A DNA stretch of 63,863 nucleotides, the filler included, from Octopus bimaculoides (taxonomy: Eukaryota), in the NCBI RefSeq assembly GCF_001194135.2. It is 6 parts of 5 records of this genome, joined end to end, with 100 filler letters (N's around TTAATTAATTAA, not from the genome) between each part and the next. Parts side by side here need not be neighbours in the genome. Positions count along the whole stretch, not along the records: positions 1 to 17,063 come from NC_068981.1; positions 17,164 to 43,527 come from NC_068981.1; 4 more parts are not named here. The stretch is one strand, 5' to 3'. The notes beneath the pieces were generated by a model. That model saw nothing but the letters and a program-made list of their open reading frames with translations, was not told the origin of the DNA and did no database searches. Below are positions 12,609-24,074 of the stretch, one piece after another; position 1 is the stretch's first letter, and every line of letters starts with the position of its first letter. Both the position numbers and the translations under genes were made by a program.

Positions 12609-12735
12609 CAGGGTGTCCACAAAGTCTGGCTACATGGAGTAGATAAACTCATAACATAAACAATTAAATATAACACATGATAATTTCTTAAAGCATGTGT
12701 TAATCCCCATGTACCCAGAGTTTGTGGACTCCCTG
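12609..12735. mobile_element. Tc1/mariner-type MITE
   Basis: TA|CAGGGTGTCCACAAAGTCTGG ... CCAGAGTTTGTGGACTCCCTG|TA imperfect TIRs with TA TSD; related internal fragment near 4790-4860. Confidence 0.8.
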
Positions 12736-12994
12736 TATGTATGTATATATATATATAACATAAATAATATATAAATAATATATTATATATATATATTATA
12801 TATAACGTCAATATTATATAAATAATATATTATATATATATATTATATATAACGTCANNNNNNNNNNNNNNNNNNNNNNNNNNNNNNNNNNNNNNNNNNN
12901 NNNNNNNNNNNNNNNNNNNNNNNNNNNNNNNNNNNNNNNNNNNNNNNNNNNNNNNNNNNNNNNNNNNNNNNNNNNNNNNNNNNNNNNNNNNNNN

Positions 12995-13026
<32 letters not shown>

Positions 13027-13094
13027 AATATATGCATATATCCATACATATATGTACATATCTACATCTATATGTATACATATATGCATATATG

Positions 13095-13290
13095 GGTACA
13101 GGACATCACAAAAAACGTTAAAGACAATGAGAAACGAAAACATTAAGACGAAGACAGAAAACGAACTTTTTTTAGAACAACGAAAAAAACAAAAAGAGAA
13201 ACGAGACATGCAACATAAAGAATATTTCCCTTCTTCAGTTGTCCTTGTTCCATATACTCCGCGTTTCGAAGGCAAGGACAATACGCGACT
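13095..13290 (-). mobile_element. Dispersed ~200-bp repeat carrying a permuted hammerhead, copy A
   Basis: Homologous to 19790-19972 (-), 48483-48640 (+) and, more distantly, 55870-56012 (-); ends in TA-rich microsatellite. Confidence 0.8.
13226..13289 (-). ncRNA. Putative non-circularly permuted hammerhead ribozyme (strand order C-B-A)
   Basis: GTCGCGT-A|TTGTCCTTG-CCTTC-GAAACGCGG-AGTATATGGAA-CAAGGACAA-CTGAAGA-AGGG. Stem I TTGTCCTTG/CAAGGACAA 9 bp; stem III ACGCGG/TCGCGT 6 bp; stem II (A)GGG/CTTC weak; GUA site. Confidence 0.65.
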
Positions 13291-13483
13291 TCGTTGGAAC
13301 AGTCCTTCCAGCAAAAACAAATTAATTAAATTTGGAATATTTTGCGGAAGGTGAAAGTGTAAACAAGAACAGGAGAGTGGGAACAAAACAGTGAAAGACA
13401 GTAAAAACAAGACAGAACAGTGAAAACAAACGATACATAAGTTTTGCCAAGAATTATCTTTCTCATCGCAGATCGGTGGCTAT

Positions 13484-13528
13484 CGGACGCTGACGAAGGG
13501 AAATAACCCTGAAACTCGAGTCCGTTTG
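13484..13528 (+). ncRNA. Canonical minimal type I hammerhead ribozyme
   Basis: CGGACG-CTGACGA-AGGG(AAATAA)CCCT-GAAAC(TCGA)GTC|CGTTTG: intact core, palindromic ACTCGAGT stem III, predicted cleavage after 13522. Confidence 0.85.
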
Positions 13529-13834
13529 TGCTACAGATCACGATGAGAGGGATAACTTCCCTTGGCAAAACAAACATGACACAGAAGTGTGTCGATAAGC
13601 CAGCTGGAGGAGATGTCCTCCTGGGGCTAAAAGCAACAGTAACATCCAACCCTAGGGGTCAGACACATTTAAGTGGCAATATACATCACTTTATCGGGCA
13701 GTTACTGTTAATACCTCATTTAGAGAATTAACATTGCTTGTTTTCACTTTTTCGATATCAGTGCATAATTTCACTGGAAAAAGATACATAAGTTTTGCCA
13801 AGAATTATCTTTCTCATCGCAGATCGGTGGCTAT

Positions 13835-13879
13835 CGGACGCTGACGAAGGGAAATGACCCTGAAACTCGAATCCGTTCG
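13835..13879 (+). ncRNA. Type I hammerhead, second tandem copy (G16.2-to-A change)
   Basis: CGGACG-CTGACGA-AGGG(AAATGA)CCCT-GAAAC(TCGA)ATC|CGTTCG; predicted cleavage after 13873. Confidence 0.75.
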
Positions 13880-14777
13880 TGCTACAGATCACGATGAGAG
13901 GGATAACTTCCCTTGGCAAAACAAACAGGACACAGAAGCGTGTCAATAAGCAACAGTAACATCCACCCCTAGGGGTCAGCCACATTTACGTGGCAATATA
14001 CTTCACTTTATATATATATATATGCACGCGCGCTCATACTCACACTCACACAGACTCACATACACACGCACACACAAACACACACACACATATATATGTT
14101 ATGGGTGTAGGTAAGTAGTCTACGTTTTCTGCGTGCGTACATCTACCAGCAGGCTCGCATGTGTGTTAGTATAGATTAGTGAATGAGAGTTAGGGGTGTG
14201 TATTGAAAAGGTATGTTGAGTATTATACAATACAACACTGCTTCTGCTAGAAAGAATGGTAGCCTCGATAACGTGTGACATCATTTTCTATATAATGCTC
14301 ATCTGTTATGTTCGGGTTAAAATTTCATCAACATCAAAAATATATGAATTTTCATGGGAGTTATGGCCGTTATGCAAAGTATTCTACAGGAGTGTTCTTT
14401 CTAAGAATGAGTAGGCTTCCGTGTAGCTTTGGAAAATATTCACGTATCCCTGCACAGAAAGAAAATATTTTTATAAATGTAATATGTAATAAAAACCATG
14501 CTCATAAAATCATATCGTTTTGCAGATGATATTCGAGAAGATACTAAAATTTTGTACTTAAAAATATTTTTACGCGAATATACGAAAGGAATTTGAAGAG
14601 CAGCAGATAATAATTGACGAAAACTTTTCAAATGTCAAAATGGCATATTTTTAACACAAAAATATTATAACAACTACAGCAAAAACTACAACATATATAT
14701 CAACGAAAATAGTAATTTTAGCAGCAGCAGCAGCAGCAACAACTGTAATGGTCATAGTAGTAGTAGTAGTAGTAGTT

Positions 14778-14819
<42 letters not shown>

Positions 14820-15156
14820 ACAATAATAATACCTATAATAATGATTAATAAAGATACAATATATTATACGATAAATAAATATTTAAATTAACATTTGGAA
14901 TGAGAGATTTTTTCCATCTACATACACAGAGCTACTAAAAAGGAACATGTATATAAGAATAAAACTATATAGTCATGTTCCAAGAAAGAAATAGTTTTTT
15001 TGATTTTTATTATTTTTGTAAGCTAGCAAATGAAAAAAATTATACACATCATTCTATGGCGAAAAATGATGTTCATGACTTTTCTGCATGTAATTTACAG
15101 ATATAGTTAATATTTTATAGATTATATTTTGAATCGAACACATACATATCTGTTTG

Positions 15157-15224
<68 letters not shown>

Positions 15225-15813
15225 TGTGTGTGTGTGTGTGGGCGGGGGGGAATGAAATAGCAAAAGTAACACTGGTTCTAAAAGGGTACTTGATTCTCAC
15301 TATAATTTTGAATAAAATAAAATTGAGCAATACCTCCTGTAAGAGTACATTCTTGAAAAACCCATTCATTTATTCTGCTGCATTCCATCAAATAACTATT
15401 GACTTCTAAATTAATTACAAGGTGGAAATTTTTATACGGAGTCAACTATTTGACTAAATCTCATTTTTTTTTTCGACATCAAAATAACGATAGGCAAATA
15501 TGAACTCAACAGAGTTCGAACTGAGAAAATTTGGAAATGCATTTAAAAACTACCAGGTTCCTCACCCGATCGATTTTTTCAACATAACAACTATCAAATA
15601 ATTATTGATATTAGTTGATTAAATGGAAGCCAGTCTTTGATTTGGAGATACACATACGAATGCATTTATTCAAGCATAGTTCTGGTACATGCTTTATCGC
15701 AGCTGAAAGGAAGCAAAAACAATGTATATAAATCTAAATGTCCACAAGTCGCAATGTAAATAGCTGAAAATCTATATTGTAAATGCTAGTATTATTATTA
15801 TTATTATTATTAT

Positions 15814-15855
<42 letters not shown>

Positions 15856-15857
15856 CT

Positions 15858-15919
<62 letters not shown>

Positions 15920-16598
15920 TCGCGTTCCGTAAACTATATTTTGTTTTGCAAACATTTTCATAAATATTAGAATATAGACCCATGGACAGAAAGGCATGAT
16001 GAGTTTATGTCGGAGAGTAAATATGTAAATATGGATTCAAAATAACTTGTCTCCCAAATAAGATTTCTATTGTAATATTTTGCTGATAATTGATCTCAAG
16101 AATTTATGACCATTGCGCATTACATTCTCCTCCCCTGCATAGCATTGCGTTCACACGAAGAATGATAACAAAAAAAAAAGATATCCTCACATAAAAAACA
16201 CTTCCAGTCCGTATCACGCAAACCACATATTCTTCTACGTCAAACATGTGAATAACTTACCCGCTATTTCTTAATCTTAACACTATAATCCGATGTTCCC
16301 CCAGTAAGTTGAAATTTTACACATAAGAGCAATAAGATTTCAACATTGCACGTACGTGTAGACTTCTATTACCTGGAATTCAGCGGGCAGCGACGGGTGA
16401 CTTGTGCTCTAGAATATAGATTCAAGTCTAGATTACACTAGACACACGCTATTACAATCACTCATAGCAATAGTACCAGTGCTCAGTAAAAGATATATTT
16501 CACAATCAGCATCACTATCTTCAAGATAACTTACTAAATACTACATATCAACTTCGATGAAAAGCTGTCCTTTTTCTATGTCTATACTGTGAGTATAA

Positions 16599-16647
<49 letters not shown>

Positions 16648-16696
16648 CGTGTGTGTGTGTGTCTGTGTGTGTGTGTGTGTGTATTATATATATATA

Positions 16697-16784
16697 CTAG
16701 CAGAAATACCGGCGTTGCCCGGGTTAAAGAGAATAATGAAATATAAAAACGCCGTCTAGACTACGCATCATCTTTATATAGAGA
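16697..16784 (-). mobile_element. Non-autonomous mini-Helitron
   Basis: Minus strand begins TCTCTATATAAAG and ends with GC hairpin CCCGGGCAACGCCGG followed by TATTTCTG-CTAG|T. Confidence 0.6.
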
Positions 16785-17107
16785 GTTGTATATACACACA
16801 CGCACCCAAACACACGTATATATATATGTATATCAATATAAATATATGAAAGTCAATGAAGTTTCGTAGAAGAAGGTGATCATGTACATACTTTCTTGCT
16901 GTTGTGATTATAACGCCTCATTGTAAACTATGTTCCTTGTTTTCCCTTGTGGAGCATATACAAATAGGTTTTTTGTTGCTGCCCACTCTTGAGCAGTCCA
17001 CATACAGTTGTCCATGTGAGAAGCAGGGCTCTTCCAAGAGAAGACCAGCTACAGACAGTGTTCNNNNNNNNNNNNNNNNNNNNNNNNNNNNNNNNNNNNN
17101 NNNNNNN

Positions 17108-17119
17108 TTAATTAATTAA
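17108..17119. other. Artificial scaffolding linker TTAATTAATTAA between N runs (also about 43572, 51411, 57432, 59797)
   Basis: Identical six-frame-stop 12-mer embedded in N padding five times. Confidence 0.95.
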
Positions 17120-17238
17120 NNNNNNNNNNNNNNNNNNNNNNNNNNNNNNNNNNNNNNNNNNNNTGTGTGTGTGTGTGTCTTTTGGATTGTGTGTGTATTT
17201 GCATAGGGAACATAGATATCTTGATATGACAATCACGA

Positions 17239-17282
<44 letters not shown>

Positions 17283-17449
17283 TTTTATAAGATCTGGTAA
17301 TTAGTCATATATTAATATATTAATTAATATCGATTAATTATCAGGGGGCCAGCACATTTAAAGAATCAAAGAGATTCAGAAATATTATCTGCAATCTCAG
17401 GGGATTAAGGTACATTTTAAAAAATGTCGACGTTATGTATATATATATA

Positions 17450-18177
17450 TAGGGTGTCCCAAAAGTCACTATACATTTTCTTTTTTTCTATTCCGTTTCA
17501 GATATCATTCGGTGAGACGTGAGGCCATCAGCATTTGACACTTTAGACTTTGCAGTTTTTGTAAGTGTATCATTCCCTTGTCCATGGTTCGCCAATTGAC
17601 GTTAGAGCAGTGTTGCAAAATTGCCGCCTGGTAACAAGATATTCTGTCCCATTCTGCAATTCATCGCAAGTTTGAGAATGTTTATGGCTGTCACACTGTT
17701 CCAACGTGTAGCATAATTTATGCACTCCATAACAAGTTTAGCATCAACAAAAGCTCGATTCAGCGTATACTTCGGAAAGTGATGAAGCTCTACCGTACCT
17801 ATTTCAGTTTGTTCAAAGGCTTCAAGCGATAAATTATGATGCTCGTGTGGATATTTGTGACTCACTCCTTCACCATCACCAAAACGACTCTCAGTTCTTG
17901 GAAAAGTTATGGTTCAGCGATGAGTCTAGCTTTCTCCTCTCTGGTTGGCTAAACCGACACAATTGCCGAATTTGGGGAAAATCAAAACCAGAAATTCTTC
18001 AACATGAAAGAGATTCTCTGAAACTGGTGGTATGGTGTACCATGGGCAAGGGAAAGATACACATACAAGAACTGCAAAGTCTAAGGTGTCAAATGTTGAT
18101 GGCCACACGTCTCTCCGAATGATACCTGAAACGAAATAGAAAAAAAGGAAGTGTATAGTGACTTTTGGGACACCCTG
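17450..18177 (+). mobile_element. Internally deleted Tc1/mariner-superfamily element with ~105-bp TIRs
   Basis: TIRs 17450-17557 and 18070-18177 (AGGGTGTCCCAAAAGTCACTATAC...), TA flanks; internal translation QFLEKLWFSDESSFLLSGWLNRHNCRIWGKSKP...LVVWC contains the first catalytic D. Confidence 0.88.
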
Positions 18178-18179
18178 TA

Positions 18180-18222
<43 letters not shown>

Positions 18223-19029
18223 GCTGAGGGGGAGAAGGGGAGAAAAGAAAACTCGATAACAGTAAGGAACTGGTACATTAGTTATATACCCTGCATATAT
18301 GAAAGTGAGAGTCGATGAAGGCCTCTGATCACAACGAGTCGGAACCAATATAACAAGAAATATTCCCCACTTACAAAACTGCTAACTCGCTCTCTATAAT
18401 GATTATTATTCACAATATAACTAGTCTCCACATATATATCCTACAATGAAAAATGTGTTACAGGCATACCTCAACTACTGTCGCAATGTGTTGTAAGGCA
18501 TACGACAAAACTCCAAAAACGATGTAACACGGTAAAATGTGTTTAAAACTTTATTAGCTTATATCAGTTTAAATAAATGGTTTGTACATATTTCGCGTAT
18601 ATTTTTTTTTTTGTTTTTGCACTTCGTTATTTGTTTTTAGATATTTTAAAAAAATATTTACGCTTTTAAATATGTTCACTTACACAGACGTAAAGTTGAC
18701 GTTTATTTTTTTTAACATTAATTTCTCTAAAAAGCAGCGTAAACTCGAAAAGGACGTATAACTAGAAACGAAGTAAGCTGAGCTATACTTATTTCTTATA
18801 AGTACCTTTGATTTAAACTAAAACTGGGCTTGTGGATGTAATTGTGGTATTAATTCAATGCGAACAAAACAAGAACAGCGATGAACTAACAATTCATTAT
18901 TACGTAATGTGTTATAGTATATTGACACTAAAAACAGAATTACCAAAGTCATTGTAACATTCTCTGTATTTCTAAAATAATTCGGCTCTACACTTGCATG
19001 TGAACGCTTCTTTGTGCATGCGTACGTGT

Positions 19030-19158
<129 letters not shown>

Positions 19159-19572
19159 TTTTGGATTGTGTGTGTATTTGCATAGGGAACATAGATATCT
19201 TGATATGACAATCACGAATGGAGTGCATTTATAAAAAAATTTTCCTGAAAGAAGATCATTGAAATACATATTTTCAGTTAAGAATAGGATGCATATTATT
19301 TAATTAAAGAATATAGATCAGAAAACTAGTTTTTCACAAAACTTAAAGGAATCATTCGAAAGCAAATCAGTTGCAGTATGTAATTCATTATAGATGCGTG
19401 TTAGATTATGTTCAAATGATTATTTCTAATGAAATGAAGAAAGAAATTCTGCATGTAGCTAAAGAAACGGCTCCCTATAATGAAAACTCTGCCAAGTATC
19501 AAAGGTACACCTCGGCTGTGTACATATGTGTGTGCATGTGTACGTATGTACATAACATGTTTATTACAAATA

Positions 19573-19615
<43 letters not shown>

Positions 19616-19789
19616 TCACACACACACACACGCACACACACACACATAATAATATACATATGTATATGTATACACATACACACAAACAATATATATGTAT
19701 ATAATAACATAAATAATATATAAATATATGCATATATCCATACATATATGTACATACGTATATCTATATGTATACATACATGCATATAT

Positions 19790-19972
19790 GGGTACAGGAC
19801 ATCACAAAAAAACGTTAAACACAATGAGAAACGAAAACATAAAGACGAAGACAGAAAAAGAACTTTTTTTTCGAACAATGAAAAAAACAAACAGAAACAC
19901 GAGATATGCACACAAAAAGAATATATCCCTTCTTCAGTTGTCCCTGTTTCATCTACTCCGCGATTTGAAAGG
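19790..19972 (-). mobile_element. Permuted-hammerhead repeat, copy B (decayed, strand C absent)
   Basis: CTTTC-AAATC-GCGGA-GTAGATGAAA-CAGGGACAA-CTGAAGA-AGGG; downstream body aligns with copy A. Confidence 0.7.
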
Positions 19973-20075
19973 TGACTTGGCCCCTATTTCTAGCGACCGA
20001 GTGCAGAAAGATCGTTTGATATGTAGTTTGGTGCTGCTAACTTTTCGTTACTCTATGTGTATATGTATACGTAAA

Positions 20076-20121
<46 letters not shown>

Positions 20122-20217
20122 TCAAAAATAAATAGATAGATACATAGCGTGGAGCTTTTCTTTTAACAAGTTTTATGCTATTTTCGTAATCATTAACATT
20201 ACTACCAGAGATCACCG

Positions 20218-20280
<63 letters not shown>

Positions 20281-20893
20281 TTTATCACAGTTATTATTAT
20301 TATCCAATATAGAATTGATAGAAAACAAATGGTTAACGGAAATATTAAAAGCATTTAGACTTGTGAAAAGTTTTACGTGCGTACACATATATACATACAT
20401 ATAAAAATGCATATTTATAATTACCAGTGTTACGTTTCATATGATGGAAAACCTTGGAAGTATACATTTGTCGCCATGGATAATATCAGGAAATATGTCA
20501 TACGTGCAAGAATTATAATCTAATTTTTTTATCAACCTTCTTGGTGTGTATACAAAATTGATGAAATGAATTTTAATATTCAAACGATAAACATTTACTT
20601 AATTAAAATTTGATTAAATGAAACAAGACTAATCCTTACTATAATTCTACAACTACGCTGTCATTTTTTCCCCTTCTCCTCCGCTGTGTCGATGATCCTT
20701 TCTAACTGTGTCTGCAGCGTTCTTTTACTCATTGTCTGCCACCAAGTCTTCCAACGTCTCTTGCTTTAACAGTCCCTGTATCATATCTCGCATTTAATCT
20801 CATCTTTTACTCCGTATGCCATGTAAACATCATTGAAGTTCTGAGGAAATGAGCCAAGTATCCAACCAATGAACATCTATAGCGGCTGGCACA

Positions 20894-20969
20894 TTCTCCT
20901 ATAGACAGCTTCGGGTCGACTAAAGCCTTGTGAGCGGATTTGGTAGACAGAAGCTGAAAGAAGCCCATC

Positions 20970-20970
<1 letters not shown>
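20894..20970 (+). mobile_element. SINE fragment
   Basis: AAAGCCTTGTGAGCGGATTTGGTAGAC..GAAAGAAGCCC segment of the dominant SINE. Confidence 0.7.
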
Positions 20971-21002
<32 letters not shown>

Positions 21003-21005
<3 letters not shown>

Positions 21006-21740
21006 CAAAGTTTTACATTTTGGACATGGAGTTACCAAAGGTTTCGTATCCACAAAACCAAAGCCTTCTGGATAGCTCGTCAGACTCTATACAAAAACAA
21101 AAGAATTAAACTTTCTACGTCGCGGGCGTAAGGATACCCTCAGAAATCGAGATTTAACTTTTAACATATAAAAGCGTTAATGAGGACGGTTTGTCTCCCC
21201 TGAACCAGATGATAAAATAACACCTATAAACCAGGAAAAGCCTAATCAGCAAACAGGGAGATCCAATTTTCCAGAAGATAGCGCTTGAAGTGGACACATT
21301 TAGAAGAAAAAAAAACGTCTTTACGACTATTTAACGCGCCAGGTGTAGTATAGTCCTTAAGAATTTTGGCCCTCTCCGTGATGCAGATTTTGCAACGGCT
21401 ACTTCTATTAATATATGCGCCTGGATGATCTATTATGTGCCACTTCATTCACACGGGGTCCCTTGATCTTTGAGGTGGCATACATGGCGGGCCAGGGACG
21501 TGACAAACCATCTTTCTGGGACTGAATGATAACTGGTGGTTGCGGAAGCGACGTTTGAAAGATGTACTGGCTGATCCGATATATTTACACACTTGGGATA
21601 TGGTTATATTCGCACTCATGGTACATCTCCGATAAGCTCTGGGCCTGGGGATACCGTTGGTAACACCGTTGCTGACGCAGTCGATATGGCGCAATAATCC
21701 AGCGGTGTTATCACCGTGGCTATCACTAATGGTCATGTGT
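21003..21740 (-). mobile_element. Penelope-like element 3' fragment: decayed GIY-YIG endonuclease plus HHR-bearing terminal repeat
   Basis: KYIGSASTSFKRRFRNHQLSF, TSLARHVCHLKD, KWHIIDHPGAYINRSSRCKICITERAKIL...LNSRKDVFFSSKCVHFKRYLL match the C-terminal PLE GIY-YIG domain; stop at about 21245. Confidence 0.88.
21022..21096 (-). ncRNA. Complete type I hammerhead ribozyme
   Basis: TATAGAGT-CTGACGA-G(C)TATCCA(16 nt)TGGATAC-GAAA-CC(TTT)GGT-A|ACTCCATG: intact core, 7-bp stem II, 3-bp stem III, GUA site between 21033 and 21032. Confidence 0.85.
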
Positions 21741-22534
21741 TTGATGACGTAACTGCAGCGTTAGTGCGGGTTTGACCGGCTGAAGGAGTCACCTATGAGG
21801 CTACCGTAACACCTAGACCTGTTATCCACATTACCAGCAATGTACCCATACCATCCAACAGCAATAGCACCACTACTATCACTATAACTACCTCCCGCCC
21901 AACTGTGACCTTCATTGCTACCATGTTAAATTTACCTCCATCTCGTTAACATTTCACTTTTCACTCTGTATTATCAGTGTTTCTAATATAGATAGTACTC
22001 TTGCATTAGCTATACATTTTCGGCCAAATCTTCAATACTTTTCATTTCAGCTATTCCCTTCAAATTCAAAACACTACAGCAAAATTGATATCTTAAATAA
22101 CGAATGATTAATCGCACTGTTTAAAGCTCTTCGTACAAAAGTGAAAATAATTATTTTTGGGGATCTCTCTCGAAATGAAAGAAAATATTAATGATCCCGA
22201 GAAGAATAATTATGCATTGCTTGAATTGAGCAACATTGTTATGCATTGCAAATAAAATATGGAAATATATGTATCACATAAGCTACCATATATTTAATAT
22301 ATTTACATATCGGAATCTCTTGCTAGTAATCGACCGCTCGGAGCGAGTAGATGTAACACATATTTCTGGCAGTTATTTGGTATGGTCGGCGACAGACCAT
22401 ACACAGAATATGGTCAAATATTAAAGGATAAAATAAAATGAAAATTTAAATTCAAGTGAAATATAAACAGAACATCATTGATAAAGGAGAGTAAAGGAAA
22501 TGAAATGAAGTATGTGTGTGCATGTGTGTGTGTT

Positions 22535-22593
<59 letters not shown>

Positions 22594-22595
<2 letters not shown>

Positions 22596-22960
22596 CTTGC
22601 TTACTAACCACATGGTTCCGAGTTCAGTCCCACTGCGTGGCATCTTGGGCAAGTGTCTTCTACTATAGCCTCGCCTGACCAAAGCCTTGTGAGTAGATTT
22701 GGTAGACGGAAACTGAAAGAAGCCCGTCGTATATATCTATATATGTGTGTGCCTGTGCATGTTTATGTGTTTGTGTTTGTCCCCCTAGTATTGCTTGACA
22801 ACTGATGCTGGTGTGTTTATGTCCCCATAACTTAGCGGTTCGGTAAAAGAGACCGATAGAATAAGTACTAGGCTTACAAAGAATAAGTCCTGCGGTCGAT
22901 TTGCTCGACTAAAGGCGGCGCTCCAGCATGGCCACAGTCAAATGACTGAAACAAGTAAGA
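22594..22960 (+). mobile_element. tRNA-derived SINE (5' end truncated)
   Basis: Aligns with the reverse complement of 9200-9588. Confidence 0.85.
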
Positions 22961-23527
22961 GTATAAAAGAGTATACACCACACACACACACACACATATA
23001 TAAAGTAAGATGCACAGAAATGAGAGGAGAGAGAGAGAGCAAGACAGAAAAGAGAAAGAAAGGAAATGAGAGTTAAGAGACGAACAAAGAGAGAGAGAGA
23101 GTAGTATTGAAGAAGAGAAAATGTAAAGAGATGACATGATTCAATGGGGTCTTTTGCTGGTTCAAACCGAAAATGACTTTACTCTGCAACTGAATATGTA
23201 CAATACAAACGGAAGGATGTCGAGACAGCAAAGAAATAATTTTTATTCAATGACTATATATTACAAAGAAATTTATGTATGCTACAATTGGAAAGTAATT
23301 GATGAACGCCCCAATGAGATAAAATAGTTATTTGTAGTTATCAGCTGATTATTTATATTTATTTAAGTAACAGCCTGCTAGACTCCATCGAGCCCTTCCC
23401 CGTAGAATATAGCATTCTTATTCCGAGAATAACTGAAATATAAACTATGCATGTTGAGAGAGGCAGAGGGAGAGAGAGAGAGAGAGAATGAGAATTTGTA
23501 TGTGTGTGTTAGTGTGTGTATGTGTGC

Positions 23528-23577
<50 letters not shown>

Positions 23578-23904
23578 ATGAGAGACAAATGTGTATGTGT
23601 TTGTTTTGTTGCAGAGGGTGCGAGTGTACAACGATAAAAGAACACCGCTACAAACACATTAATACATGTGCACCCAGACAAATACAGAGGACATTAGGCA
23701 TTAAAGCAAATATTAATGAGTGTATGCCTCCTTACTCCTCTCTGTCCCCTTCCCCCTCTCTTTCTATTCTCTTGATGATTCCTGTATGTATATACGAGTT
23801 TATATATGCATACATTTACATATATTATATTCGTTTCTATACAGGAAGACAAAAATTCTGTGTATGCATATTTATAGATAGATAGACATACAAAATACCT
23901 TTAG

Positions 23905-23946
<42 letters not shown>

Positions 23947-23956
23947 NNNNNNNNNN

Positions 23957-23991
<35 letters not shown>

Positions 23992-24074
23992 ATACACATA
24001 TATATTACAGTATATATTGTATTTACATATATATATATGTATTTATGTATGTATAAGTATGTATATGTATGTGT

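Larger units (their letters stand above)
13431..14010 (+). repeat. Partial tandem duplication with 351-bp period, one HHR per unit (pLTR/retrozyme-like)
   Basis: 13431-13691 is near-identical to 13782-14010; the second unit lacks about 32 bp between AAGC microhomologies. Confidence 0.9.
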
